Source: an uncultured Thermodesulfobacteriota bacterium (GTDB lineage: Bacteria > Desulfobacterota > B13-G15). Taken from it: DNA of 63,758 bases. The stretch lies in NCBI GenBank assembly GCA_964448445.1, contig CAYVAU010000001.1:1-63758 (forward strand). Reading direction: 5' to 3'. Shown one piece after another: positions 52,721 through 62,315 of the stretch (positions are counted from its first letter, which is position 1; every line of letters starts with the position of its first letter). A model generated the notes under the pieces. That model ran no database searches. It was not told the origin of the DNA and saw only the letters and a list, made by a program, of their open reading frames with translations. Position numbers and translations under genes: made by a program.

Positions 52721-53032
52721 TTAGAAGATGCCCGGTAAGGGGAGGCCGCCGGTTAGTTTTTTCAATTCTTCAAGCCAGAGCTGTTGGGATCGTCTGATGC
52801 CTTCGTTGATGGCGGCGATGATGAGGTCTTGGATGAGTTCCCTGTCGCCCGACTGCAGCACCTCCGGGTCTATTTCCAGAGAGATGACCTCCTGTCTTCC
52901 GTTCATCACCACCTTGACCATTCCTCCGCCGGAGGTGACCTCTACGGTCCTTGAGGCCATCTCCTGCTGGAGTTCTTCCATCTTCGCCTTGATCTTCTGG
53001 GCCTGTTTCATGAGTTCTCCGAGTCCCCTCAC
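52721..53032 (-). CDS. ybaB: YbaB/EbfC-family nucleoid-associated protein
   Basis: LMKQAQKIKAKMEELQQEM...GGGMVKVVMNG. In-frame GTG at 53032 is preceded by AAGGAGG. The rest of the 613-aa track ORF is antisense to mreB and is not credible. Confidence 0.85.
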   Translation of the reverse strand: MRGLGELMKQAQKIKAKMEELQQEMASRTVEVTSGGGMVKVVMNGRQEVISLEIDPEVLQSGDRELIQDLIIAAINEGIRRSQQLWLEELKKLTGGLPLPGIF

Positions 53033-53097
53033 GCCCTTTTCCTCCTTGGCTTTTCGGTCCAAAAGGATAACATGGGGTGTTTTCGGGCTCAAGTTGC

Positions 53098-53127
53098 TTG
53101 ACCCTTTTTCTGTGGGGGAAGTACAAT
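53098..53127 (+). promoter_or_regulatory. candidate sigma-70-type promoter for mreBCD-mrdA-rodA
   Basis: TTGACC (53098-53103), an 18-nt spacer, then TACAAT (53122-53127). AGGAGGAGGG ribosome-binding site, then ATG at 53147. Confidence 0.45.
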
Positions 53128-53146
53128 CACCAGGAGGAGGGAACCC

Positions 53147-54181
53147 ATGTTTGATTTTATCGCGAGTCTGTTTTCCACGGATTTGGCCTTGGATCTGGGG
53201 ACGGCCAACACCCTCCTTTATGTCAAGGGTAAGGGGATTGTGGCCAATGAACCCTCTGTGGTGGCCATAAAGAAGGATGGCAAGGGAGCGAAGAAGGTCC
53301 TGGCGGTGGGTTTTGAGGCCAAGGAGATGCTCGGTCGCACTCCTGGAAATATCATGGCCATAAGGCCCTTGAGGGAGGGGGTCATTGCCGACTTTGAGGC
53401 TGCCGAGGAGATGATCCGCTATTTCATCGTCAAGGCCCACAGGCGCAATACCTTTGTGAGGCCGCGCGTGGTCATCTCCATTCCTTCGGGGATCACGCAG
53501 GTGGAAAAGCGGGCTGTAAAGGAATCCGCCGAAGCAGCGGGGGCCAGGGAGGTCTATCTCGTGGAGCAACCCCTTGCTGCCGCCATAGGGGCTGGTCTGC
53601 CCATAACGGAGCCGGTGGGCAATATGGTGGTGGAGGTGGGGGGAGGGACCACTGAGGTCGCCGTCATATCGCTCAGCGGCATCGTGGTAAAGAACTCCGT
53701 CAGGGTCGGCGGGGACAAGATGGATGAGGCCATCGTCCAGTACCTGAGGAAGAAGTATAACCTCTTTGTGGGCGAGATGACCGCCGAGGAGATCAAGATC
53801 AAGCTGGGAAATGCCTGCCCCGAGGAAGCCAGTGAGGAGGTCATGGAGGTCAAGGGAAGGGACCTCATCACCGGGATACCGCGCGTTTACGAGATAAGTT
53901 CCTTTGAAATCAGGGAAGCGATCTCCGAACCCCTGAACCAGATAGTGCAGGCCGTGAAGGAGACCCTGGAGAGGACCCCACCGCAGTTGGCCTCCGATCT
54001 GGTGGACAGGGGGATTGTGCTCAGCGGAGGGGGGGCACTGTTGAGAAATCTCGACCTCCTGATCCGAAAGAGCGTGGACCTTCCGGTGACCATTGTGGAC
54101 GAACCCCTTTTCACAGTGGTCCGTGGGGTTGGCCAGCTCTTGGACAATTTCCGCCTCCTGAGGGAGGTGGCAAGCGATTAA
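53147..54181 (+). CDS. mreB: rod shape-determining protein MreB
   Basis: [26 protein letters not shown], and [13 protein letters not shown]. Confidence 0.95.
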   Translation: MFDFIASLFSTDLALDLGTANTLLYVKGKGIVANEPSVVAIKKDGKGAKKVLAVGFEAKEMLGRTPGNIMAIRPLREGVIADFEAAEEMIRYFIVKAHRRNTFVRPRVVISIPSGITQVEKRAVKESAEAAGAREVYLVEQPLAAAIGAGLPITEPVGNMVVEVGGGTTEVAVISLSGIVVKNSVRVGGDKMDEAIVQYLRKKYNLFVGEMTAEEIKIKLGNACPEEASEEVMEVKGRDLITGIPRVYEISSFEIREAISEPLNQIVQAVKETLERTPPQLASDLVDRGIVLSGGGALLRNLDLLIRKSVDLPVTIVDEPLFTVVRGVGQLLDNFRLLREVASD

Positions 54182-54184
54182 ATA

Positions 54185-54982
54185 ATGGTCAAATCGCGGA
54201 CTCAGCGGGGCGTCCTCCTCCTTTTGATCGCCCTCATCCTCTTTTCCCTTTATGTCAGGGGAACCTTCAGGGGAGAGGGGCTCCGCAGGGCCCTCCTTGC
54301 CGTGACCACCCCTCCTCAGGAGGTCCTCAATCGGGCATACGATGCCGTAAGCGATTTTGTTTCCCATTACCTTTATCTGTTGGAAGTCGAAAAAGAAAAC
54401 CGCAGGCTGAAGGAGGAAATCAAGCGCCTGAAGCTCGAGAGGCAATTGCTCTCGGAGAAGGCACGGGAGGCCGAAAGGCTCAAGAAGTTGCTGGGGTTCA
54501 AAAGGTCCGCTGGGCTCAAGGTCATGCCCGCAAGGGTGGTGGGGATATCGCCTCAGCCGCAATCAAGGGCCTTTTACATAGACAAGGGCTCCCAGGACGG
54601 GATCAAGAAGGGGATGGCGGTTGTCAGTTATGAGGGCGTTGTGGGAAGGGTGACGGTGGTGGGGGCCGGGAGTTCCCTGGTAGTTCCCATAGTGGAGAAG
54701 GGGGCCAAGATCAGCGTGATCCTGGAGCATTCGAGGACCAGGGCCCTCCTGGAAGGGCTTGGCTGGGGCTGCAGGCTCCTTTACATCCCAAAGGAAGAGG
54801 AGGTCAGGGAGGGAGAAAAAGTCCTCACCAGCGGCCTTGATGGTGTCTATCCCAAAGGACTCATGGTGGGGACCGTCAGACGGGTGGTAAGGCGCCCAGG
54901 GGAGCTATTCCTGGAGGTGGAGGTGGTACCCTCTGTGGACCTTTCCCGCCTTGAGGAAGTCCTCGTGGTCTTGGAGGGTTGA
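54185..54982 (+). CDS. mreC: rod shape-determining protein MreC
   Basis: TM segment, coiled coil (ENRRLKEEIKRLK), beta-barrel domains, and position in mreBCD. Confidence 0.9.
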   Translation: MVKSRTQRGVLLLLIALILFSLYVRGTFRGEGLRRALLAVTTPPQEVLNRAYDAVSDFVSHYLYLLEVEKENRRLKEEIKRLKLERQLLSEKAREAERLKKLLGFKRSAGLKVMPARVVGISPQPQSRAFYIDKGSQDGIKKGMAVVSYEGVVGRVTVVGAGSSLVVPIVEKGAKISVILEHSRTRALLEGLGWGCRLLYIPKEEEVREGEKVLTSGLDGVYPKGLMVGTVRRVVRRPGELFLEVEVVPSVDLSRLEEVLVVLEG

Positions 54983-55470
54983 TGCACAGGGTGCTTTTCC
55001 CCTTTTTGGGCTGGGGGTATATGGTCATCATAGGTGCCTTTTGGTCCATCCTTCCCCTAAAGGTGCCTCCCCCGGATGTGGCCATGATCATGGTGCTTTA
55101 TGCGGCCACAGGGGCCTATGGGCCGGAGGAGGTGTTCCTTGTTGCCTTAATGGGGGACCTTTTGGGGGGCATGCCCCTTGGGCTCGGGACCTTGGGGAAG
55201 CTGCTGGTGTTCGTGCTGCTTGGGCGCTTCTTCTTCCTGGTGAAGGTCCCCTTTTGGGGCCTCTTCCCCTTCGCCTTCTCCCTGAGCCTCCTGGAGCTGC
55301 TGATAGAAGAGCTCCTTAGGGCCCTTTCTGGGCTCGGAACGGTGGGAATGTCCTGCTGTGGGATGAAGATCTCCCTTGTTACCGCCCTCTTTTCCTATGG
55401 AATCTTCGCCCTGAACAACGCCTTCCTCGAACGCCTGCAGGGCTCTGGCTATGGTCCGGAATGGAGATAG
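54979..55470 (+). CDS. mreD: rod shape-determining protein MreD
   Basis: Small polytopic membrane protein directly after mreC. ATG at 54982 is the likely start. Confidence 0.75.
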   Translation: MMHRVLFPFLGWGYMVIIGAFWSILPLKVPPPDVAMIMVLYAATGAYGPEEVFLVALMGDLLGGMPLGLGTLGKLLVFVLLGRFFFLVKVPFWGLFPFAFSLSLLELLIEELLRALSGLGTVGMSCCGMKISLVTALFSYGIFALNNAFLERLQGSGYGPEWR

Positions 55471-57220
55471 GCGCAGGGGCATCTTCTGGCTCTTCCTGCT
55501 GGTCTTCCTAATACTGCTCGGGCGGCTCTGGCAGCTACAGGTACTTAAGGGCGAGCAATACAGGCGGCTTTCCGAGAAGAACAGGTTGAGGCTGGTAAAG
55601 ATCCTCCCCCCGCGCGGAAGGATTTACGACCGCAGGGGCCGCCTCTTGGTTGCCAACAGGCCCTCCTTTGACCTCCTCGTGATCCCGGCCGATGTGAGGG
55701 ACCCGCAAGCCCTTGCCGAGGAACTCTCCGGGCTCATAGACATGCCCGAGGAGAAGATCCTGGAGAGGATCCGGGGGGCGAGGGGACCCTATGAACCCGT
55801 CAGGGTGAAGAAGGATTTGAGCTTCGAGGAATTGAGCAGGGTTGAGGCAAACCTCTGGGATCTGCCAGGGGTGCGGATCGCCCTGGTACCCGTGAGGACC
55901 TATCCCCATGGCCCCTTAGCTTCCCATATCCTGGGGACGGTGGGCGAGATCACCCTGGAGGAGCTCAAGCGCCTCAGGGGCAAGGGGTATGAGGTCGGTG
56001 ATTTCGTGGGGAAGGGGGGGGTCGAATCCCAATGGGAGGGACTGCTGAGGGGAAGGAAGGGAGGGAGGCAGGTTGAGGTGGACGCCTTGGGCAGGGAGGT
56101 GAGGGTGGTAAAGGAGGTGAGGCCCATTGCTGGCTGGGATCTCTATCTGACCCTGGACTTGGGGCTCCAGAAGGAGGCCGAAAAGCTCCTCGAGGGGAAG
56201 TGGGGGGCGATCGTCGCCCTCGATCCCCGCAATGGGGAGGTCCTGGCCATGGCTTCCTCGCCTTCCTTCGATCCCAGGGATTTCAGCCGGGGCCTGGATC
56301 CCGAAAAGTGGCAGGAGTTGCTCCGGGACCCCGGCCACCCCTTGACCAACAGGGCCATCCAGGGACTTTATGCCCCGGGATCGGTCTTTAAGGTGTTGGT
56401 GGCCCTGGCTGCGTTGGCCCAGGGGGGGTTGAAGCCCCAACAGAGGTTATACTGCCCCGGATATTTCCCCCTCGGCAGGAGGACCTTTAGGTGTTGGAAG
56501 GAGGGAGGGCACGGCTCAGTGGACCTTTACAGGGCGATAGTGGAATCCTGTGACGTGTATTTCTATCAGGTGGGGCTGGAACTGGGACCTCAGGCGATGG
56601 TCGAGTTCGCCAGGGCCTCCGGATTCGGACGACCGACCGGGATCAAGCTGCCCGGCGAAAAGGCCGGTTATCTGCCATCCCCTGAGAGGGGAAGGTGGTA
56701 CGATGGGGATACCGTGGTTATGGCCATCGGCCAGGGCCCCTTGCTGGTGACGCCCTTGCAGATGGCGCGGTTTGTGGCGGCGGTGGCCAACGGGGGCATC
56801 CTGTATAGACCCATTTTGGTCCTCGAAGCCCGGGATCCCTTAGGGAGGGAAAGTCTCCATTATTCCCCCAAGGAGCTCGGGAGGCTCCCGGTGGGCGCCG
56901 GCGAACTCGGGAGGGTGAAGAGGGCCCTTGAGGGGGTGGTCGAGGACGAGCACGGAACCGGCAGGGCGGCAAGGATAGAAGGGGTCAGGGTGGCCGGAAA
57001 GACCGGCACAGCCCAGGTCATAAGGACGGAGGAACGGATCAGGGATCCCGAGGAGTTGCCCTTCCGGTACAGGGATCATGCTTGGTTTGTGGCCTATGCT
57101 CCGGCCGAATCCCCCACCATAGCCGTTTCAGTGCTCGTGGAGCACGGCGGAACCGGCGGGAGGGCGGCTGCACCCTTGGCAAAGGCCTTGATCCAGTACT
57201 GGCTTGGAGAGGGTCCTTGA
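55451..57220 (+). CDS. mrdA: penicillin-binding protein 2 (elongasome transpeptidase)
   Basis: Active-site SVFK, SCD (SxN variant), and KTGTA motifs. Located between mreD and rodA. Confidence 0.9.
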   Translation: MVRNGDRRRGIFWLFLLVFLILLGRLWQLQVLKGEQYRRLSEKNRLRLVKILPPRGRIYDRRGRLLVANRPSFDLLVIPADVRDPQALAEELSGLIDMPEEKILERIRGARGPYEPVRVKKDLSFEELSRVEANLWDLPGVRIALVPVRTYPHGPLASHILGTVGEITLEELKRLRGKGYEVGDFVGKGGVESQWEGLLRGRKGGRQVEVDALGREVRVVKEVRPIAGWDLYLTLDLGLQKEAEKLLEGKWGAIVALDPRNGEVLAMASSPSFDPRDFSRGLDPEKWQELLRDPGHPLTNRAIQGLYAPGSVFKVLVALAALAQGGLKPQQRLYCPGYFPLGRRTFRCWKEGGHGSVDLYRAIVESCDVYFYQVGLELGPQAMVEFARASGFGRPTGIKLPGEKAGYLPSPERGRWYDGDTVVMAIGQGPLLVTPLQMARFVAAVANGGILYRPILVLEARDPLGRESLHYSPKELGRLPVGAGELGRVKRALEGVVEDEHGTGRAARIEGVRVAGKTGTAQVIRTEERIRDPEELPFRYRDHAWFVAYAPAESPTIAVSVLVEHGGTGGRAAAPLAKALIQYWLGEGP

Positions 57221-58299
57221 GGACAAAGGGCAGCGATCTCTGGGTCTTTGCCTATCTTCTGCCCCTGATGGGGATGGGGCTTTTGAACCTCTGGAGTGCC
57301 AGCCAGGGGCTGGGCGTTTCCCTCCATTGGAAGCAACTGCTGTGGATCCTGCTGGGATCCGGTCTTGGCCTTTGTGCTTATCTACTGGATTACCGGCACC
57401 TTGAGGCCTACGCCTATCCCATATATGCCCTTGGGATCCTGCTCCTCTGCCTCCTTTGGGTTTTCGGCGTGCAGATAGGGGGGGCCAAGAGGTGGATAGC
57501 CCTGGGGGGGGTTTACCTTCAGCCCTCTGAGTTCGCCAAACTCGCGGTAATTGTGGCCCTTTCCAAGTACCTTTCCGGCCGTCCCTCGGAAGGCGGCCTG
57601 GGCCTCTCGGATCTGCTGATGCCGCTCATTTTGGTGGCTGTGCCAGCAGCCCTTGTGGCCCTTCAGCCCGACCTCGGCACGGCCTTGGTCTTTGTGGCCA
57701 TCCTGGGCCTCATGGCCCTTTATGGGGGGATAAGGAGGGGATCGCTGCTGATCTTGATGATCCTCTGTATGATCCTTTCCATAGCTGGGTGGTCCCTCCT
57801 CAAGGACTATCAGCGCAAAAGGATCCTCGCCTTCCTCGATCCCCAGAGGGACCCCTTGGGAACGGGCTATCACCTGATCCAGTCCAAGATCGCCATAGGT
57901 TCAGGGGGGTTGTTGGGGAAGGGGATCGGAAGGGGTAGCCAGTGCAAACTCGGCTTTCTGCCGGAATTCCACACCGATTTCGCCTTCGCCCTCTGGGGAG
58001 AGGAGTGGGGCTTCATCGGATCGGCAGTGGTGCTGTTGCTCTTTTTGGGGCTCATCCTCTGGGGACTCGATACGGCCCTCAGGTCAAAGGACCGCTTCGG
58101 GTCCTTTATGGCCTTGGGGATTACGGCCCTTTTGTTCCTGCACGTTTCGATAAACGTGGCCATGGCCCTCGGGCTGTTGCCCGTGGTGGGGCTCCCCCTT
58201 CCCTTCTTCAGCTACGGTGGTTCCTGCACGGTCGCAAGCCTCATAGGTATAGGGTTGCTTCTGAACATTCGGCGGCGCCGGCACCTCTTCACCCCTTGA
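57217..58299 (+). CDS. rodA: SEDS-family peptidoglycan polymerase RodA
   Basis: FtsW/RodA/SpoVE pattern (QPSEFAK, PDLGTA, LPEFHTDFAF, FSYGGS). In-frame TTG at 57217 overlaps the mrdA stop; the track ORF extends to 57082 inside mrdA. Confidence 0.85.
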   Translation: MRTKGSDLWVFAYLLPLMGMGLLNLWSASQGLGVSLHWKQLLWILLGSGLGLCAYLLDYRHLEAYAYPIYALGILLLCLLWVFGVQIGGAKRWIALGGVYLQPSEFAKLAVIVALSKYLSGRPSEGGLGLSDLLMPLILVAVPAALVALQPDLGTALVFVAILGLMALYGGIRRGSLLILMILCMILSIAGWSLLKDYQRKRILAFLDPQRDPLGTGYHLIQSKIAIGSGGLLGKGIGRGSQCKLGFLPEFHTDFAFALWGEEWGFIGSAVVLLLFLGLILWGLDTALRSKDRFGSFMALGITALLFLHVSINVAMALGLLPVVGLPLPFFSYGGSCTVASLIGIGLLLNIRRRRHLFTP

Positions 58300-58332
58300 G
58301 GGCGGGGGGGTCCTGTGGGATAATGTATCAAG

Positions 58333-58752
58333 ATGAGGGGGGTGAATAAGGTGATACTGGTGGGGAACCTCGGGGCGGATCCCGAGGTCCGCTATTCGAG
58401 CAATGGTACTCCTGTTACCACCTTCCGCATCGCCACCAACGAGAACTGGCTCAACCGTGACACCGGTGAAAGGGAGCAGCGCACCGAATGGCACAGGATT
58501 GTGGCCTTTGGCAGATTGGGCGAGATATGCGCCGAGTACCTCAGGAAGGGAAAGCAAGTTTACGTGGAGGGGCGCCTCCGCACCCGTTCCTGGGAGGATA
58601 GAGATGGCAATCGGCGGTGGGTGACCGAGGTTGTGGCCACCAATGTGGTGATGCTCGGTTCCCCTGCAGAGCCCGGTACCGAGTTCGAACTCCCCGAGGA
58701 GGAGCCTCCCCTTGGCGAGGCTCCTCCCGAGGAGGACGATATTCCCTTTTGA
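58333..58752 (+). CDS. ssb: single-stranded DNA-binding protein
   Basis: [19 protein letters not shown] fold and an acidic C-terminal tip EEDDIPF. Confidence 0.95.
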   Translation: MRGVNKVILVGNLGADPEVRYSSNGTPVTTFRIATNENWLNRDTGEREQRTEWHRIVAFGRLGEICAEYLRKGKQVYVEGRLRTRSWEDRDGNRRWVTEVVATNVVMLGSPAEPGTEFELPEEEPPLGEAPPEEDDIPF

Positions 58753-58762
58753 CCCCTGGGAT

Positions 58763-58791
58763 TTGACATAAGGGAAGGGATCGGTTAAAAG
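58763..58791 (+). promoter_or_regulatory. candidate sigma-70-type promoter for porGDAB
   Basis: TTGACA (58763-58768), a 17-nt spacer, then TAAAAG (58786-58791). GGAGG ribosome-binding site before ATG at 58826. Confidence 0.4.
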
Positions 58792-58825
58792 AGAGGCCGC
58801 TGCCGAGAAAAACTGGAGGCAGGAA

Positions 58826-59359
58826 ATGGTTGAGATCCGCTTCCACGGAAGGGGGGGGCAGGGGGCTGTTACTTCGGCGGAGCTTCTGGCCCATGCGGCC
58901 ATAGCTGAGGGCAAGTTTGCCATTGCGCTTCCGAGCTTCGGTCCTGAAAGACGGGGAGCACCGGTTGTGGCCTTCGCGAGGATAGACGACAGGCCGGTGA
59001 GGATCAGAAGCGGGATTTACAACCCCGATGTGGTCGTGGTCTTGGACCCGCGACTTAGGGAGACGGTGGATGTGACCCAGGGTCTGAAGGAGGGGGGGAT
59101 TTTGGTGATCAACAGCCCGGAGGAACCCGATGGGTTTGCGGGGATAAAGGTGGCCTGGGTTAATGCCACCCAGATAGCCAGGGAGGAGATAGGTTTGCCC
59201 ATAACCAACACCACCATGCTTGGGGCCTTGCTCAAGGCCCTCGCGGTGGTCGAACTCGAATCCCTCCTTGATCCCTTCAGGCACCGTTTTGGGAAGGTGG
59301 CCGAGAAGAACATAGCGGCCCTGAGGAGGGCTTATCAAGAGACGAGGGTTAAAGGATGA
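58826..59359 (+). CDS. porG: 2-oxoacid (pyruvate-type):ferredoxin oxidoreductase gamma subunit
   Basis: IRFHGRGGQGAVT motif. First gene of a gamma-delta-alpha-beta cluster. Confidence 0.85.
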   Translation: MVEIRFHGRGGQGAVTSAELLAHAAIAEGKFAIALPSFGPERRGAPVVAFARIDDRPVRIRSGIYNPDVVVVLDPRLRETVDVTQGLKEGGILVINSPEEPDGFAGIKVAWVNATQIAREEIGLPITNTTMLGALLKALAVVELESLLDPFRHRFGKVAEKNIAALRRAYQETRVKG

Positions 59360-59631
59360 CGCTCGGGTGGAAGGAGATAAGGCCTGGCTTTGTCGTCACC
59401 GAGGCGGGTTCGGCCCGCTCCTGCAGGACGGGCGATTGGCGGACCGATAGGCCGATCGTTGACAGGGAGAAATGCAGCAAGTGTGGCCTCTGTTATGTCT
59501 TCTGTCCCGAGGGGGCCGTGAAGGAGGATGGACAAGGTTATTATGAGGTGGATCTTTATTACTGCAAGGGATGTGGTATCTGTGCCCATGAATGCCCCCA
59601 AGGGGCGATAGAGATGGTTCCGGAGGTGTGA
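59356..59631 (+). CDS. porD: 2-oxoacid:ferredoxin oxidoreductase delta subunit (2x[4Fe-4S] ferredoxin)
   Basis: CSKCGLCYVFCP and CKGCGICAHECP motifs. Confidence 0.85.
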   Translation: MTLGWKEIRPGFVVTEAGSARSCRTGDWRTDRPIVDREKCSKCGLCYVFCPEGAVKEDGQGYYEVDLYYCKGCGICAHECPQGAIEMVPEV

Positions 59632-59632
59632 G

Positions 59633-60802
59633 GTGGGCAGAAGAATTGCCATTGAGGGGTCCCACGCGATTTCTGAGGCCGTCAAGCAGGCCAGGGTTGA
59701 CGTCATAGCCGCCTATCCCATCACGCCCCAGACCCATATCGTGGAGAGGCTCTCGGAGATGGTGGCCGATGGGGAGCTGGATGCGGAGTTTGTGCCCGTG
59801 GAATCCGAGCATTCGGCCATGAGCGTGTGCATAGGGGCAGAAGCAGCAGGGGCGAGGGCCTTTACCTGTACCAGTGGTCCTGGGTTGGCCTTAATGGCCG
59901 AAATCGTCTTTATAGCTTCCTCCATGAGGCTCCCCATCCTCATGGTCTTGGCCAACAGGACGCTTTCTGCCCCTTTGAGTATCTGGAATGACCATTCGGA
60001 CGCGATGTTGGTGCGGGATTGTGGGTGGATCCAGATGTTCGTAAACAGTGCCCAGGAGGCTTACGATCACGTGTTCATAGGGTATCGTGTGGGGGAGGAT
60101 TCGAGGGTGCTCCTTCCCGTGATGCTCCACATGGATGGCTTCTTCCTCACCCATGCCATCGAGCCCCTTGAGCCCGTCAAGCAGGAACTCATCGACGGGT
60201 TTCTCCCCCCTTATGAGCCCCTTTATCGCCTCCATCCCGATAATCCCGTCACCATGGGCGCCTTTGCCCTACCGGATCAGTATGCCGAGATCAAAAAGGC
60301 CCAGGATGAAGCCCTCAAGGCCTCTTATGGCCCCCTGCTTGAGGCCTGGAAGGCCTGGGGGGAACTCACCGGGAGGCATTACGGTCCTGTGGAGGGGCTG
60401 TACCTGGAGGATGCCGAGGTGGTGCTCCTTACGGCCGGAAGTTACGGAGAGGTGGCCCACATTGCCGTGGAGGAGATGAGGGCCAAGGGGAGGCCTGTGG
60501 GGCTTGTAAAGCTCAGGCTGTGGAGGCCCTTTCCCTACGATGAGCTCAGGAAGGCCTTGGAGGGGAAGGAAGCGGTTGTGGTCATCGACAGGTCGGTGTG
60601 TCCGGGAGGGCCGGGGGGTCCAATGGCCTTGGAGGTAAGGTCTGCCCTCTATGGAAGGAGGGGGCCAAGGGTGGTGGATTTCATCGTGGGCATATCTGGA
60701 AGGGACGTCACGCCCGAGGATTACATCAGGATGATCGAGAGGGTGCCGGAGCTGGCCCAAAGGGGGCCCGAAGATTACGTCTTTTATGGGGTGAAGGAAT
60801 GA
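59633..60802 (+). CDS. porA: 2-oxoacid:ferredoxin oxidoreductase alpha subunit
   Basis: GTG start. AAYPITPQT and ESEHSA motifs. Confidence 0.85.
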   Translation: MGRRIAIEGSHAISEAVKQARVDVIAAYPITPQTHIVERLSEMVADGELDAEFVPVESEHSAMSVCIGAEAAGARAFTCTSGPGLALMAEIVFIASSMRLPILMVLANRTLSAPLSIWNDHSDAMLVRDCGWIQMFVNSAQEAYDHVFIGYRVGEDSRVLLPVMLHMDGFFLTHAIEPLEPVKQELIDGFLPPYEPLYRLHPDNPVTMGAFALPDQYAEIKKAQDEALKASYGPLLEAWKAWGELTGRHYGPVEGLYLEDAEVVLLTAGSYGEVAHIAVEEMRAKGRPVGLVKLRLWRPFPYDELRKALEGKEAVVVIDRSVCPGGPGGPMALEVRSALYGRRGPRVVDFIVGISGRDVTPEDYIRMIERVPELAQRGPEDYVFYGVKE

Positions 60803-61743
60803 AGGAGGTAATGGCCATAAGGTTCACCAGGAAGAACCTGCCCAAGGAGGAGCTTTTTGTCTCCGGGCACAGGGCGTGTCAGGGCTGTGGTGAGATGCTC
60901 GCAGTGAGGCTGGCCATGAAGGCCCTGGGGAGGGACACGATTGTGGCCTGTGCTACAGGTTGCATAGAGATCGTGTCCTCGCCCTTTCCCGAGACGGCCT
61001 GGGAGGTTCCATGGATTCATGTGGCCTTTGAGAACACGGCCGCCGTGATAAGCGGCGTTGAGGCCGGTTTGAAGGCCCTCATGAGGAAGGGGAGGCTTAA
61101 GGAAAGGAGAATATTTTGCGTGGGTATGGCAGGGGACGGGGGGACGGCCGATATAGGGATCCAGGCCCTCTCAGGGGCCCTGGAGAGGGGGCATGACATC
61201 CTTTACATATGTTTTGACAATGAGGCCTATATGAACACGGGGATCCAGCGTTCCTCGGCCACTCCCTTTGGGGCAGCCACCACCACCTCGCCGCCGGGCA
61301 GAAAGAGCCTTGGGCAGATGACTTGGAAGAAGAACGTGCCCGAGATAGCGGTGGCCCATGGCATTCCCTATGTGGCGACGGCCTCCCCTGCCTTCCCCTA
61401 CGATCTGATGACCAAGGTGAGGCGAGGGGCCGAGGTGAGGGGACCCGCCTACATCCACATCTATTCGCCATGTCCCACGGGTTGGCGTTGCCCGCCCGAT
61501 TTGGCCATCGAGGTCGCGAGGCTCGCCGTACAGACGGGGGTCTTCCCCCTTTATGAGGTCATAGAAGGGCGTTACAGGATCAATCAGCCCAAGGGGGAAT
61601 TGAAACCCGTTGAGGAATACCTGAAGCTGCAAGGACGCTTTCGGCACCTGGATGAGGCGGCCAAAACCCGCATCCAGGAACGGGTCAGGGAGGAATGGGA
61701 GAGGCTGAAGAAGAAGGCCCAGGCCTTTCCCTACGAGGAATAG
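60799..61743 (+). CDS. porB: 2-oxoacid:ferredoxin oxidoreductase beta subunit (TPP-binding)
   Basis: GHRACQGCG and GDGGTADIG (TPP motif). The ATG at 60799 forms an ATGA overlap with the alpha stop; the track ORF extends to 60598. Confidence 0.85.
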   Translation: MKEVMAIRFTRKNLPKEELFVSGHRACQGCGEMLAVRLAMKALGRDTIVACATGCIEIVSSPFPETAWEVPWIHVAFENTAAVISGVEAGLKALMRKGRLKERRIFCVGMAGDGGTADIGIQALSGALERGHDILYICFDNEAYMNTGIQRSSATPFGAATTTSPPGRKSLGQMTWKKNVPEIAVAHGIPYVATASPAFPYDLMTKVRRGAEVRGPAYIHIYSPCPTGWRCPPDLAIEVARLAVQTGVFPLYEVIEGRYRINQPKGELKPVEEYLKLQGRFRHLDEAAKTRIQERVREEWERLKKKAQAFPYEE

Positions 61744-62315
61744 CGCCTGCACACCTCAACGGCCAGTCCATACAGCGCGTCAAGCCGCATATGCTCTGTG
61801 GCCGTCGGGTCGAAAAGTACGTTTAAGCGGGGTGGAAATTCCTCATCCCCTTCCCAGAGCACAAAGAGCATGGGGATCCTGGGGAGGGGCTTAAGCAGGA
61901 TGCTCGCATCCCCGAACTTGAACACTTTTCCCCCAAGGCTCCTGCCCTTTTGAACGAAGCCTTCTCTGTCCCTTCCAAAACGCTCCATGATCCCCTCAAG
62001 GGGGAGGGGATGGCTTTGGGCAAAACCCCTTCCGCCCTTCAGGTCCTTCATCATGACCCATCGGCCCAGGGATTCGATTTCCTTTGCCCCGAGGAGGTAT
62101 TCGATCACCGAAACCTGGAGTTCCGCTGAGGGTTCGGGGCCCTTCAGGACCAGGAATTCCCCTTGGGGATCCACAGCATAAAGGTCCCCGAGGAAGGGGA
62201 TCAGAAAACGGTGCCCGTCAAACTCTATCAGGGCCCTCTTGGATATCTCCCCGGGGTCCCTTTCCCTCAGCCTCTGCCAAAGACTCTGATGGACGAAGTG
62301 GATGGGGGCTGCCAT
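61731..62315 (-). CDS. DUF3786-like protein
   Basis: The N-terminal pattern (LWQRL...DPGEISKRALIEFDG..F.IPFLG..Y.V) resembles the DUF3786 family as I recall it. No catalytic motif recognised. Confidence 0.5.
   Translation of the reverse strand: MAAPIHFVHQSLWQRLRERDPGEISKRALIEFDGHRFLIPFLGDLYAVDPQGEFLVLKGPEPSAELQVSVIEYLLGAKEIESLGRWVMMKDLKGGRGFAQSHPLPLEGIMERFGRDREGFVQKGRSLGGKVFKFGDASILLKPLPRIPMLFVLWEGDEEFPPRLNVLFDPTATEHMRLDALYGLAVEVCRRYSS

Noticed and set aside
53033-53146. A possible SRP RNA (ffs) or other small RNA upstream of ybaB-recR, where ffs-dnaX-ybaB-recR is common.
   Set aside because: The 114-nt spacer contains no SRP domain IV-like motif, and dnaX is absent. The spacer is adequately explained by divergent promoters and ribosome-binding sites for ybaB and mreB.
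53033-54562. The upstream 510 codons of the 613-aa track ORF 52721..54562.
   Set aside because: Only the last 103 codons (YbaB/EbfC, GTG at 53032 with AAGGAGG) are credible. The rest is antisense to mreB/mreC and has no protein-like features.
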